This document shows, piece by piece, positions 38,834-52,360 of a DNA stretch of 64,000 nt. Under the pieces are notes generated by a model. The model ran no database searches. It was not told the origin of the DNA and was given only the letters and a program-made list of their open reading frames with translations. A program made the translations under genes and the position numbers. Source of the DNA: Eledone cirrhosa (lineage: Eukaryota); NCBI GenBank assembly GCA_964016885.1, contig OZ024740.1, forward strand, positions 292,454,001 to 292,518,000, in the 5' to 3' direction. Each line of letters starts with the position of its first letter. The first letter of the stretch is position 1.

Positions 38834-39997
38834 ATATTTAAATAGAAATCTGGAATTACTATTGGGACAAACTATGTATCTAACTGAAACCGTTTTGTAT
38901 GAAAGTGAAAACATTAGAATGACCCACCCCGCCTTCATCAAACATACAACAAAAATACAACATTTTTTAGTCATTTGACTCATCATGCTTATAGCTGGCT
39001 CGAATGTCGCTCGGTACTAACCCTAAAATTTATCACTATGTTACCCAGACTCTGTATGTTCTTTAAATAACAATGTAAAGTAGAAGAAGGCAATTACAAT
39101 ATCTACATATGACATTTAACAACAAAACGTCTTTAAAATACAAAGAGACAATCGCTCCTCTCTTCAAAGGGATTAGTTAGAAACGTAGAATGAGGCAAAT
39201 AAAGTTTAGAGAGAAAGAAAAAACAGTCACAGACAGAAATGATTAGATGGCAACACAAAATACTTGATAACTTGATGCCGGTAAATAGTAGACTGAATTT
39301 AGAAACACGAGAAGTTTTAGAATTTATGCATGTTTCTCCTGGCATCTGTAGATCATTCGAATATTAGTTATCAACGATTAGATTGCCAACTACGGATCAT
39401 AGTTTATCTGTTATTCTTGACACGGAAAAGCTCAAGAATGATTAAAATGTTGATGAAGATAACATCAATATATCAAATTTACATGTGAAGAAAGAGGCGT
39501 AGAATAGCAGCTGATAAGCTTCTGAACAAGATGGGGTATCTTTTTCGTCTAAAGGAATTTTTAAAATGTGCTTTCATTTAAATATACTCTGATAAAAATT
39601 ATAAACAACCCGTTTTTATCAACTAGATAGTTTATATTAGAGACAAAAGTTTAAATAATATATAATAGCTATAAGTACAAATGTACTTATTAACCCACAC
39701 GTACATACATAGTAACATATTTCTACAAAAACGTATATACATACTCACAGAAAACAGAAGTCTATATAAACTCTTGTAAACTTAATTATCTTTTTAGCAA
39801 ACCCCAAATCAGAGCCCCCTATCCATTCATACATACTTTCATTCATACATGATGGCTGAAACTTAATTTCGAGTATGCTTGCCACTTAAGCTCGAGCAGC
39901 ACAGATATGGCCTTTTAGTCCTGCTAGGGACTTATCACTCTTGCACAGACGTTGTAACAATGGGGGTCTCTTGCAGTAGGTTTTACGGTTCTGTTTT

Positions 39998-42900
39998 CAT
40001 CATCATCATCATCATCATCATCACCGTTTTACGTCCGTTCTTCCATGCTAGCATGGGTTAGACGGGTTGTCCTGTTGTGGGCAGTGTCTGGTCGGCTGAC
40101 CATGCCTTGCTCATACAGGAACTGATTTTGGCTTGATTTCTACAGCTGGATGCCCTTCCTAACACCAACCTCATTTACAGTGAGTGCTGGGTGCTTTTTT
40201 CCGTGGCGCCTACACATCCACTTTACAGTGTAGGCTGGGTGCTTTTTTGCCGTGGCACCTCCACGACCACTTTGCAGTGGGAGGGTGTGGGGGCATATTG
40301 TCTATATGCTTCAGCTTGTATCCATGGGAGGTCGGGTACTCTGTATTACTAGTGACGCCAGAGGTCACAGTCGTGTGTCATCGCCTTTGAGAGATGTAAT
40401 TGGGTAAGGTCGGCTTTTATCACCTCATCCCAGGTCTTCTTGGGTCTCCCCACTCCGCGGTTTCCATTGACTTCTAGTGCTCTGCACCTTTTTATGCAGC
40501 TGTCATCCTTCATATACATCACATGTCCATACCAACGCAACCGCCTCTCCTGCACACAGCATTTGATTCCTCTTATGCTCAGTCTCTCTCTCAATTCATT
40601 TATGCTTTGCCGTTCGCGTATATTACTATTACACATCCATCGGAGCATGCAGGCTTCGTTTCTTTCTAATCTACGTAACCTTCCACCTTCAGCGCCCAGG
40701 TCTCACTACTATGTAACATTGCTGTTCGTATACACGCATCATACAGTCTGCCTTTCATTTTGAGGGAGAAGCCTTTTGCAGCTAGCAGTGGCAGTAGTTC
40801 CCTGAACTTCTTCCATCCCGTTCTTACCCTAGTTATTGTACTTTCTGAACACCCACCTCCGCTGCTAATTCAGTCACCTAGGTAGCAGAAGCTGTTTACT
40901 GTCTCTACAGAGCCCTCCCAGAGATTGGTGGTACTTGTTTCCTGTGGCTGTTTGCTGCTTGCTGTCCCAGCACATCTGCTACATGTGAAGCCTACATTCT
41001 TAATTAAGCTTCCTAAGATCCCGCTACATCTCTTGTCTACCCATTGTTTGCATTTGGGGCAGAGAATGGAGTTCCTACCTGCACCTTTCCTACATACTGA
41101 GCAAGGCCATTTCCCTGAGGGGATCTGGGTTCTGTTTTCTAGTCTACTTACAAGGACCTTAGTCTTTGTCATGTTGACTTTGAGACCCTTTCTTTCTAGT
41201 CCCTGCTTCCAAGTTTGGAATTTCTTCTCTAGTTCTACCATAGATTCAGCTATAAGTGCGAGGTCATCAGCATACAGGAGTTCCCATGGGCATCCGGTCT
41301 TAAACTCCTCCGTTATTGCCTGCATGACTATGACGAACAGAGCCCTGGTGGACACCAATCTGTACACTAAATTCCTCGCTATACTCATTGGTAATCCTAA
41401 CTTTGCTGACTGCTCCCCTATACATGGCCTGTACAGCTTTCACAAGCCATTCATCTACTCCTAGTTTTCTAAGAGCCCACCAGATTATAGCACGTGGAAC
41501 TCTGTCAAAGGCTTTCTCGAGATCGACGAATGCCAGATAGAGTGGCTTACTTTTAGCTAGGTACTTTTCCTGTAACTGCCTCACAAGGAAGAGGGCATCA
41601 GTGGTGCCTCTTCCTGGTACAAACCCAAATTGCATCTCATCTAGTTTCACCCGGTCCCTAATCAACTGTGCTATAACGCTTTCTGTTAGTTTCATGACCT
41701 GGTCCATCAGCTTCATACCTCTATAGTTTCCTCTATCTAGTGCATCACCTTTACCTTTGTAGCAGTTGACAATGATGCTACTGCACCAATCTTTTGGTAT
41801 GACACCTAGTATTACCTGGTTAACAATACGTGTGGTTATAGTGTGACCTACAGACCCAGATGCCTTCAGCATCTCGGCAGCTATACCCGATGGACCGGTT
41901 GCCTTCCCCATCTTCATATCTTTGATTGATTGCCTTACTTACTACGCTGCTGCTGACTTGTACTGCTGGCCCCTCTATAGGGTCTACTTGGGGTAGGGTC
42001 TCTTCTTCCCATGCATTCTCCTCATTTAGTAATCTATCATAATGACTCTTCCATGCATCTTTCTTCTCAGCACTTGTGAGGGCAAGCTCACCTTTATCAT
42101 TCCGGATACACTTCTCTCCAATGACATCACAATTCTCTCTGACACATTGCCTCGCAATCTTGAACACCTCCTGTTTCTGGTCCTCACGTTGCAAAACATG
42201 CTTGAATTTTCTATCCTCTGCTTCCCTCCTAGCTAAGCATACTTGTCGCCTAGCTTCCTTCTTGGTCACTATGTAATGTACCATGCTTCCCCCGTTCTTC
42301 CATACTGTCCATGCCTGTCTCTTGGCCTTAACTGCCTCATCTACCTTATTGTTCCACCACCAAGTCACTCTCCCCCTGCTTGTGGTCTTACTCCAGCCAC
42401 AGATCTCATCCGTCGCCTCTAGTAAGTTATTTTTTAGGAACTCCCAGTGCTCTTCTACATTGAATGCCTCTATCTGTTCTTCTTTACTGTCGTAGGCGTT
42501 GAGTAAAATATCTTTAAATCTGTTACTGGCTGAGGGGTCTTTCAGCTTCCATATCTTTCTTCTCCAGGTTGGAGAACTAAGCTATGTTGACAACTAAGCT
42601 ATGTTGGGAGGTACATTCCTCACTAGGGAAGGCTTTTGTGTTTACGACCGTCCATCTGTCACGTCCTCTGATGAGGATAAAATCTATCTGACTAGAATGC
42701 TCCCCTGATCTATAGGTGATCAGGTGGTTGTCGGGTTTTTTGAAGTTTGTGTTACATATCGACATGTCATTGGCGTCGCAGAATTCTAGAAGTCTGAATC
42801 CTTCTTCATTTCTTGTGCTAACCCCATGGCCTCCATGGACTCTATTGAAGCCGTCACAGTGTTTACCTACGTGTCCGTTAAAATCTCCTGCGATGATTAG

Positions 42901-43345
42901 GAAGTCATTGTCGTTTGTTAGAGCAGTAGTGTGCATTAGGGACTCGTAAAACCTATCCTTAAGTTCGTCTGGCAACCCCGATTGGGGTGCGTAAGCTGAT
43001 ATTATTGTGGTAATTGTTTTATTCAGGACTAGTCTGAGTTTAATGATTCTTGCATTTACCCTGTACACTGAGATTACTTTATCTACCTACTTGTCAGCTA
43101 GTAGTATACCTACACCACCCATCCCATCGTCATTTCCCACCCAGAAAAATTTGTAGCACTGACATTTTCCTACCAGGATTCTAGCAGACTCTCCTCTCCA
43201 TCTAGTCTCTTGCACACAGCATACATCAATTTCCTTTCGCTCTAGCATCTCTACGATTTCTCCTGCTCTTCCTTTCATTGTGCTTACATTGATGGTACCA
43301 ACTCGGAGTTTTGGGCATTTGTCAACATTCGTAGGGAAGGGTCAA
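39998..43345 (-). mobile_element. Near full-length RTE-clade LINE (APE + RT), frameshifted; 5' boundary approximate
   Basis: VQETRW, SAYAPQ, GDFNGHVG, IDFIL, TWWWN, NYRG.KL, QFGF, DLEKAFDRV, GVHQGS, YADD, internal CxxC motifs, and (GAT)n tail at 39998-40023. Confidence 0.95.
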
Positions 43346-43879
43346 TTTTTGCAGGGGTGTGTGTGTGCTTCCTGTTCTGAATTGGAGCTTCACATGGGTG
43401 CTTGGTAGCTCGCGGATTCATATTCATTTTCATCTGTTAATCAGAGTTGCTCCATTTCTTCTCAGCTCATCCATACATAACGGTAGGAAAATTCAGGGCT
43501 AGAAGAACAGTGGTGGTGGTAATAATGGCAGGGTGTGTTGGGCTGGGACGGGGGAGGAGAGAGTTAGGTAGTAGTAGAAATGGCAGGGTTTGTTGGGGTT
43601 GGTAGTGGGGGGGGGGGGTATGCTGAGGTTTGATTGGTCGAATAGGCTATGGTGGTGTGAGGGGGTGCGTGGGAGGGAAATTGTGAGGTAGGTAGCCAAG
43701 TCATGGCCTGTAGCATCTGATGGCAAAATCGACAGATAGGAGTAGATGACTTTGAAGAGAATGCGAGCTGATAAATAAAACATCGCTAATAATAGTGTAA
43801 GAGAGAGGAGAAGAGTAGGTGACTTCGTAGAGTGGCAGTATGGTAGAGAAAATGAGGGTAAAAAAAAAAAAAAAAAATG

Positions 43880-45635
43880 TTTTGGTGCACTTTCAAATGA
43901 CGTTTCAGTCCACCAACTGAGGCACACTCTTTTCCACACTCCCCACAGACAGAAATTCCATATAATTGTTTCTACTTTTGGCACAAGGCCAGCAATTACC
44001 CAGTGCATTACTGGTACTTTATTTTATCGACCCCGTAAGGATGAAAGGCAAAGTTAACCTCGACGGGATTTGAACACAGAATGGCAAGGGCCGTAACTCT
44101 ATGCCGCAAAGCAAGGCGTCCAACTCTCTACCGATACTGCCAATCCATATAATGCACAGTTGCTAGTGTCCCAATGTACGTGGCTTCTCCGAAGACATCC
44201 AAACCCGCCGACTTAGACATAACCGGTTACATTCTTTACAGGTTGCATTCTAAGATAATAAGACAAACCAAACTCAAGGCCCTTCCGAGCACACCGTTGA
44301 GCTTTTAATGCTGAACACTATTTCTTTCAAATTCTCCCCTCCCATTATGCACTGCCTTCCTCCAGGAAAGTCTATCTAGAGCGAGGTTCTCCCAGTCATT
44401 TTCCGATATTTTCATCTTCCTCAGTGTGCTTTTAATGTAATCCATGTACTTCAATTTTTCTTTGTTCACCGGTCGTTTACCTTCAATCAGCTCACCATAC
44501 TGGGACTGCCGAGAGATGCGATCATCATCCATTCTCCCTACATGAACACTCCATCTTAATGGATGTTGAAATATGAGAGACTCTATACTGGTAGACCGAT
44601 TGCGTTTGAGGATTCAGTGTCACTCACATACATTTTCCAGTGGAAGCTCTGTAAACGTGGAAGACACTGTTGGTGAAAGTGTTCCAACCTTTTGAGATGT
44701 TTTTGGTAAGTGACCCAAGTCTCAGATACATACAACAAAGAGGACAAAACACAAGCATTATACAGTTTTAACTTTGTCTCAATGGAAATACGAAGCTGAG
44801 ACCATAGACGTCCATCCAGTTTTCAAATGCAACACTTGCCTTCTTGATTTGGAGGGAGATTTCTTTCTCCAGAGTATTGGTCATATTTACAGTGCTCCCT
44901 AGATATACAAACTTATCCTCGACTTTCAATTTCTGGTCATAGACATATATTTGCCTTTCCAGTCTCATGAGACTCTCTTCAACCCAAACCTTTTGGATTA
45001 AGGTAATTAGGTGACGAAGTAAATTTTCACTTTCACATTTGAAGATTTCAATACAGAGACCATCCATCCCAGGTGACTTACCATTATTTAGCTTTTTCAT
45101 ATCGGTTTTGACTTCCTCTAGAGAAGACGTTTCTGCCATTACATCCCTGGTGGGTATGCAGGGAATGGTGTTGAGAAACACGTCATCAACCTCAGAGGGT
45201 CTATTTAAAAGTCTGTCAAAGTGTTCGTCCACCTGGTAAGAATGTCCTTTGAGTTCGTTGCCGTCCTGAGTTCAAAGAAGTGCAACTGGAGAGGATAACG
45301 GCCCATATACTACTTGCAACAAATTATACAGCAACTTTATGTTGTTGGAGACCCTGAATCTGTTTTATTCTTCCACCACTTATCTTGAATGCTACGAAGA
45401 CTACGCTGCACTTTACACTTCACCACATTGAACAAGTCTTCATTCTTATTTATTTCTGGTCCACCAGCTAGCACTTTCGTTATCAATGTGTTCTTTTCAT
45501 TTAAAAGCCTCTGAACATCTCTGTTATTCTCATCAAACCAGTCTTGTTTTCTTTCGACTAAACCCAGAACATCATTGCAGACTTCATACACAGATATTTT
45601 GAACTCTTCCCATGATTCATCACATTGAATATCAT
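43880..45635 (-). mobile_element. BovB-like RTE LINE relic with central RT deleted and C-terminal C2H2 fingers
   Basis: DWFDENN, EHFDRLLN, GKSPGMDG, F.YLGS, YGEL..GKR, DRLSWR, CGECGKEC.S.GGLKRHLKVH. Confidence 0.85.
43967..44143 (-). mobile_element. tRNA-type SINE inserted into the RTE relic with 10-bp TSD TCCATATAAT
   Basis: TSD at 43957-43966 and 44144-44153. Confidence 0.88.
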
Positions 45636-46954
45636 GGGCATCGGCGACTGCTGGTCTTCCACAAACAACGTCACTTTCTAGGTGCAAATCCCATGGTCTT
45701 TCGTAACCGAAGGAGGTCTTTACCCTCTTTACCCTTATATACACGATTATGTGTGAATCTATGGAATATAATCTGCTGAATTTCCACACTGTCTTTTGCC
45801 CTAACCTTTTCCTTTTGAACCTTTTATAGACTTTTAGATTTAATTCTGATGCAAGACACAAAGAATTGCCCCAAATTGAGTTTTCTTTTCCATGCCATCC
45901 CAATCCAATTGCTGACGAACAAACTGACAAGCCAAAAATATCTAAGACTATGTGGAAGAAAGAGCTCATGATAACAAAAATTGTACTTTCTAATTATCTA
46001 ATACAGAAAACCTATCATATTTAATAAATGCAGTTTTTTACTAAACCGATTTTATTAATGACTACTAAAATCATTGGGATATTTGTTGTTGTCAGCGGAA
46101 AACGATCTACATGAACTAATTAATGTCTCTCTAGAGGTAGAGAGAACGTTTCTGATGCTAGTTATAGTTATATGAATTTATAAACTTTATTAAAGAAATC
46201 CAGTAGGTATGTGATTCGGATCTTTAAAAGCTACTACAATCCACGTTACTAACATCAAGTAGCCTCAATTTTACCAAGAACACAACATGGCCTAATAGTA
46301 GAGTTATGTGACATCAAAATGGAATTTGACCAAGACTAATGCTGGCAGGCATTTTATAAGATCTGGTTAGAGAAAAGGCATGACACCATAGTATCAAAAT
46401 CTGGTTCTGAATTTAATGATTTATTCTTCATTGGCTTTATAGGGTAATTATTTCAAGTTCCTGTTAATTTTAGTTTAATTTCATTTCCTTGGTGACTGGC
46501 TTTTGAGACGTATAGACGACAGCTATCGAGTATGATGGTTGCCTGTTTATTGTTTGGTACTTTTAAGTTTGTGTTCTGCAGCTTATATGGTACTCATTTA
46601 TCCGGTAGCCATAACCTTTGACGGAAACCGGATATTGAGGGCAATTCTAGAATGATGAACTTTGTCCTTTTAATATCAGTGTAGTGTAGTGAGTTGGTTT
46701 CTTTGATATGTTTAACTTTGGTTTATATGAGTTTCAAGTTTTGTTGACTAGACATGAAATAGTTTCTGGTTGATTTGCTTGTGATGGACGTTGTTTTATT
46801 GTGTTAAAAATTATGTTTATAACTGAGTAATTGTATTTGTGTAATGGGAGGTCGTTGGTTTAGGTTTGTGGCATTCGTTTACTATTATTTAGTTGTTGGA
46901 TGGAGTTGTGAGAGAAAAAATATAATATAATATATGATATAATATAATTTAATT

Positions 46955-47396
46955 TTTTCTACTTTTGGCACAAGGCCAGCAATTACCCCAGTACATTACT
47001 GGTACTTTATTTTATTGACTCCGTAAGGATGGAAGGCAAAGTTAACCTCGGCGGGATTTGAACTCACAACGTAAAGGGCCATAACTCTATGCTGCAAAGC
47101 ATGGTGTCTGACGCTCTACCGATACTGCCAACCACGATCATTACCCAGAACGTAAAGGGCCATAACTCTATGCCGCAAAGCATGGTGTCTGACGCCATAA
47201 TATAATATATAATATAATTGTTTCTACTTTTGGCACAAGGCCAGCAATTACTCAATGTATTACTGGTACTTTATTTTATCGACCTCGTAAGGATGAAAGG
47301 CAAAGTTAACCTCGGCGGGATTTGAACTCAGAATGGCAAGGGCCATAACTCTATGCGTCAAAGCATGGCGTCCGACCCTCTACCGATACTGCCAAT
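46955..47396 (-). mobile_element. Two SINE copies plus a partial one in a (TATAA)n context
   Basis: Core and B-box repeated, flanked by (ATATA)n tracts. Confidence 0.85.
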
Positions 47397-48009
47397 GCAA
47401 TAATATAATATAATATGATATAGATAAGGGTTTCATAAATATAGCTGAAATAACAAATGCATATTACATTAAGCTATGAAAAATATGACATTTAGAACTT
47501 TACTTATATGATGAAAGGATATGCCTTAATGTACTTGCAGTTCAATATTGGTATTAATGTTGGGGAATCAGGAATGATTATTCAAAGAATAGTAGACGTC
47601 TTCCATTTTGAAAGCGACAAATTACAAGAAATAACAACTAGAAACGTCAAAACATGAAATTAATAGAGAATAATATACAAATTGGAAATGAACTCCAAAA
47701 TTGATGACTGCAGCATGATATAAAATTACTCTACTTCTCAACGGCAAAATACATGATGTTGTTGCAAGAACAATATATAGTGTCATGTGAAGGAAAATTT
47801 GCCCCAATTCACAAAGTGAAAATATTACTTTTTAAAAAAGAAGTTAAGATTTGTAGATCGAATGGTTAGGTGAAGACTTCTTTGTTGCCTTAAGTGACTT
47901 TCTTGTGTATTCGATCAATATACTTAATTAACGGAAGGGACAGCAGCCATGACCTCACGGGTCATACAGTTGTTATTTAGTTTGAACATTTACAAATTGA
48001 TGTTTGGGG

Positions 48010-48783
48010 GGCAAACAAAGATAAACAAGGAAAAAAACAAGCGGAACAGGGTAAAGAGGGTAAGACAATGGTAAACAGAGTAAAAAAAGGGTAACAGAGT
48101 AAAACAATGGTAAAGAGGGTAAAACAAGGTTGGACATGGTAAAACAAGGGTAAGCAGAGTAAAAAAAAAGGGTAAACAAGGTTAAACAAGGGTAAAATGA
48201 GGTTAAACAAGGGTAAAGCAAGGGAAAACAGAGTAAAAAAAGAGTAAACATGGTAAACAGGGGGAAACAATGGTAAACAGGGCAAAACAGGGCTAAACAG
48301 GGTATAACAAGAGTGAAAAGGGTAATACATGTGGAAACAGGGTAAAACAAGGGTAAACAGGGTAAAGCAAGGGTAAACGGTGTAAAACAAGGGCAAACAG
48401 GATAACGAAAGGGTAAATCAAGGGAAAACAGGGGCAAAACAATGGTAAACAGGGTAAGACAATGGTAAACAGGGTAAAACAAGGCTGAACAGGATAAAAC
48501 AATGGTAAACAAGGTAAAACAAAGATAAACAGGGTAAAAAACGATTAAACAGGGGGAAAACGAGGTGAAACAGGATAAAGCAAGGGCAAACAGGGTAAAA
48601 CAAGGATAAAGAGGGTAAAACAAGAGAAAACAGGGGAAAACAAGGTCAAACAAGATAAAGCAGGGAAAACAGGGTAAAACAAGGATAAAGTGGGTAAAAC
48701 AGGGGTAAACAAGATAAAACAAGGCTAAACAGGGTAAAACAAAGGCAAACTGGGTAATTTAAGGGTAAACAGGATAAAACAAG
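48010..48783. repeat. Degenerate ~9-10-bp satellite (GGGTAAA(A)CA(A))n
   Basis: Directly visible, strongly purine-rich on the + strand. Explains the spurious F/L/P/C ORFs. Confidence 0.9.
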
Positions 48784-48789
48784 AAGTTT

Positions 48790-49010
48790 GATGTTCAACG
48801 GAGTAAGGATTGAGAACAGTAGTTACTGAAGGGGAAACAAGGCACAGTGTGGATGACGAGAGGAAGAGTGACGAGTGTGTGGAGTGATTGTGGATGAAAG
48901 CAGTATTAACCAAACTAATTAGTTCTGAGGAGCAAAGACTGTTATAGCAGTGACAGAAGAGATAAAATAAGGAGACATCTGTGGGGCTAAATATTTGCAA
49001 ATAATCCAGC
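48790..49010 (-). mobile_element. Old Jockey/CR1-group LINE 3' relic
   Basis: VSLFYLFCHCYNSLCSSEL resembles the LSLFYRY..G.CS.EL C-terminal motif. Confidence 0.45.
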
Positions 49011-49534
49011 ATTTCTATATTAACTGTTGTATTTTTTCTTTTCGTTGAAATTTAGTCGTTTCTTCTGTTATTTCGTGGAGGTAGGAACATTGCTAGCTTC
49101 TTACTGTTGTATATTGGATCTGCTTATCCATTTAATTTCATATGAAAAATGTAGACCACATGCAAAAAACAATGAAAAATACTTTAAGAAATATCATTTC
49201 TTCCACCACAATCTAGTTAAACAAACAAACAGACAGCTAACAGAATGCGAGGGTGGGGCAGGATGGAAGGGAGTTAAATAGTGTCCTGTTCCTAACTAGA
49301 TGTCTCGTTAGGATGCATGAAAATAAGGGGACTGGTTGTTCAGGTTTGTCTTATTTTCGCCAACCAGTCAAAAATATACACAGTTCTCTTTATTTAGTGT
49401 CAGCTACCTACAAACAAACAACAATATCTGGTCGTCTTATCATATTTTTAGTATATATTTCTTTATATTATTTCTTATATATCTTCTATTCTATTTCGTT
49501 TACGTACATGTCTGTCTGTCTGCCTGTATGTATG

Positions 49535-51410
49535 TTTTCTCTTTCTCTTAATTTCGAGTATATTTTTTTGACCGGCCACCTTCCTGGTGGCAAGGTTGTA
49601 AAAGAAAAGAAATTGTCATCCCTTGAATCGCAAGAATGTTTTGCATATTTTGAAGGTGCCAGCTATCGCAGCCATTTGTAGACTATGAATTAGGGAGCTG
49701 CGCTTTTTGTCCGCAAATCCAAGTTCGGTCATACTTTGGTCCAAGCGGGTTGGTATATAACCCGTAGCACCAATAATGATGGGTATGAAGCTAAAGGTGT
49801 ATCTTGGATACTGGATTTGTAAGCTCCTCATCAATGGTCCGTAGATGTCCTCCTTCTCCTGTATTTTTCTGACAACGTATACATCAAGTGGGCAGCTGAT
49901 CTCCACAACAGAACACGTTTTCAATGTGTGGTCCCAAACTACAATATCAGGCCGGTTGTGCTTTAATTTGGTGGCAGTTTTTATTTTCAGGTTCCACCAG
50001 TATTCCTTAGTGCCATCTGTCTCAATATATTCTTCCTCGTTTGTTGTTAATTTTGTTTTCCGAAGTGCGTTCCAGATAGTTCTAGCTATCCCATCGTGTC
50101 TCATGGGGAGGTAGTAGCGAGATGACATTCTTTCGCAGCTGGCAACAATGTGGCTTACATCCTCGATCTTTGTTTTACATAGCCTACATTTATTGTCAGC
50201 TGCTGGCCCTCCTCTTTTGTGCAGCAGATATTTGGTAGGGAGTTCTTGTTCCTGTATTGCATAGAGATATCCCTCAAGGTGTGATGTCATAAACTTGTCG
50301 GAACTCCATGCCAGGCTTTTTGAGTGGTTTATCCCCTCTATGGTCTGTGTTTTACGCCTCAAGTATCCATGCACAACTTTTTCTGTAAATTGGTCAATTT
50401 TTTTTTCTGGTTTGAACATTGAATAGGATCTTCCGATTTCTCTGGGTGAGAGATTTATATCAGGCTTTATTCCATATCTCTCCTCCAGATCAGTCGCTAT
50501 TCTAATGATATTTCTTTTTTCATGCTCATAAACCTGAGCAAGATGGTCGCCAACCTTTTTCCTCTGTTGAAAGTGTTGCTTCAGTGTTACTATCCGGGTC
50601 TCATATGTTGTTAATATTGATTTTAGACCCCGGCCACCTTCCTTGCGTGAGAAGTATAGCCTATCCACATCACCATTGATGTTAAAGTTCCCAGTAACAC
50701 TGAGAAGTTTGCGAGTTCTAACATCCATCTCACTTAGTTCTTGCAATGACCAGTTCAGTAGGCCAAATGTTGGCGTTAGAATTGGCACAGCATAGGTATT
50801 GTGGGCAATGTATTTGTTGTATGCTGACAGTTCTGATGACCATATTTTTTTTACTCTTCTGAGGTATTCAGTTCTGGTTCTCTCCTTATTTATGGGTCCA
50901 TCATATCTGACATTCTCATCCTGTCCAAGATATCTGTAGTTGTCACCTGACTGCAGCGGTTGTATTGTCAGGCCGTTCATATCTAGATTTCTAGAGGAGG
51001 GCACAGCTCTTCCACGTTTTACTGCCAAATATGCACACTTGGACTCACCAAATTTCATTTTGATGTCGGTTGAAAATTGTGTAATGAGGTCCAATTGTTT
51101 CTTGATGTCATTGATATTTGGCCCATACAACTTCAGGTCATCAACAAAGAAAAGATGGGAGATACTTCTGGGCCCACTTCTTTGTCCACCTTGTTTCCTG
51201 AGTAGGTAAGATAGTGGATTCAGTGAGAGAACGAAGAGTAGTACTGACAAGCTATCACCCTGAAAGATGCCCTTCTGGTAATGTATCCTATCAGTCTTAA
51301 CCTGCTCCTTCTCACCTCTAAGGATCAAATTGGTGTACCAGTTCTTGGTCAGGCGTTCAACAGCAGCTACTAATGGTTGTGGGACTTTAGCTAACTGTAA
51401 AGCCTTAATA

Positions 51411-51412
<2 letters not shown>
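49535..51412 (-). mobile_element. R4/Dong-type RLE non-LTR retrotransposon, 5'-truncated; ORF open for ~600 codons to the stop at 49616
   Basis: GIFQGDSLS, FVDD, YRYLG, RLYFSRKEGGRGL, CRLC...HIVASC, RHD, RPDIVV..E...K..Y (restriction-like endonuclease). Confidence 0.93.
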
Positions 51413-51441
<29 letters not shown>

Positions 51442-51486
51442 TGTATGTATGTATGTATGTATGTATGTATGTATGTATGTATGTAT
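51413..51486. repeat. (ATGT)n microsatellite
   Basis: Directly visible. Confidence 0.97.
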
Positions 51487-51489
51487 AGG

Positions 51490-51986
51490 AGGGTGACTTT
51501 GGACATCCTGCAGGACTAAAAACAAAACCTGTCAAAGGGCAAAGGAGCTCTTAAGAGTCAATGGCCATCCAAAATCACCGGGAGAGATAACCCCTTAGCC
51601 TTTCTCAAGGCAGAATTCTAGGAGAAGGAAAACTCTGATATAACACCTGCAACCCTGATGGTATCCAATGATGTTGACTTGTTCTTCTTTTTGGTAAATA
51701 TCATCTTGGTTAAGAGAGTGGGACTGGCTTTGTGCAGTGCCTTTGCTCACTATAAAAGCTTCACGGCACAGGCATTGCTTTATATCTGGAGATCTCTCTG
51801 CACTTGTCATCACATGGTACCATGGGCCCAGCACTATGTGTCAATAATTGTCACAAGTGTAGTGTTTGTACCAGAGTTTTCAAGTCGCTGGCTGGACTAA
51901 AAAGTCACACTCGTTCAGCGCATCGGTAGGAGTTCTCCTACATGGATATAAAGTAGTGGCCGTACTCGAAAACGAGTTGGCAGCCA

Positions 51987-51990
<4 letters not shown>
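51490..51990 (+). mobile_element. Degenerate RTE-like LINE 3' end followed by (AT)n
   Basis: Terminal C2H2 finger CSVCTRVFKSLAGLKSHTRSAH*, short 3'UTR, (AT)n at 51989-52032. Confidence 0.55.
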
Positions 51991-52038
<48 letters not shown>

Positions 52039-52109
52039 AAAAGAGGCTGTTTGCATAATTGCACACGAATCGAATATTATTATTATTATTATTATTATTA
52101 TTCGAAAAT

Positions 52110-52300
52110 GGCGGTGGATTGGCAGTATCGGTAGAGTGTCGCACGCCATGCTTTGACGCAGAGAGTTACGGCCCTTGCCATTCTGAGTTCAAATCCCGCC
52201 GAGGTTAACTTTGCCTTTCATCCTTACGGGGTCGAAAAAATAAAGTACCAGTAATACACTGGGATAATTGCTGGCCTTGTGCCAAAAGTAGAAACAATTA
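52110..52300 (+). mobile_element. tRNA-type SINE with probable TSD (ATTATTATTATTCGAAAA on both sides)
   Basis: Complete A/B boxes. Direct repeat at ~52091-52108 and ~52297-52314. Confidence 0.88.
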
Positions 52301-52325
52301 TTATTATTCGAAAAACTCAGATTAC

Positions 52326-52360
<35 letters not shown>

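Noticed and set aside
43885-43950. Hammerhead-like GAAACGTC on the minus strand
   Set aside because: No CUGANGA box; the sequence encodes the RTE C2H2 finger.
47973-48722. 249-aa hydrophobic ORF
   Set aside because: It is a translation of the GGGTAAAACA satellite.
51413-51535. N-terminus (MTGF...YIHTYIHT) of the 639-aa ORF
   Set aside because: Read-through into flanking microsatellite; the LINE is 5'-truncated within the RT.
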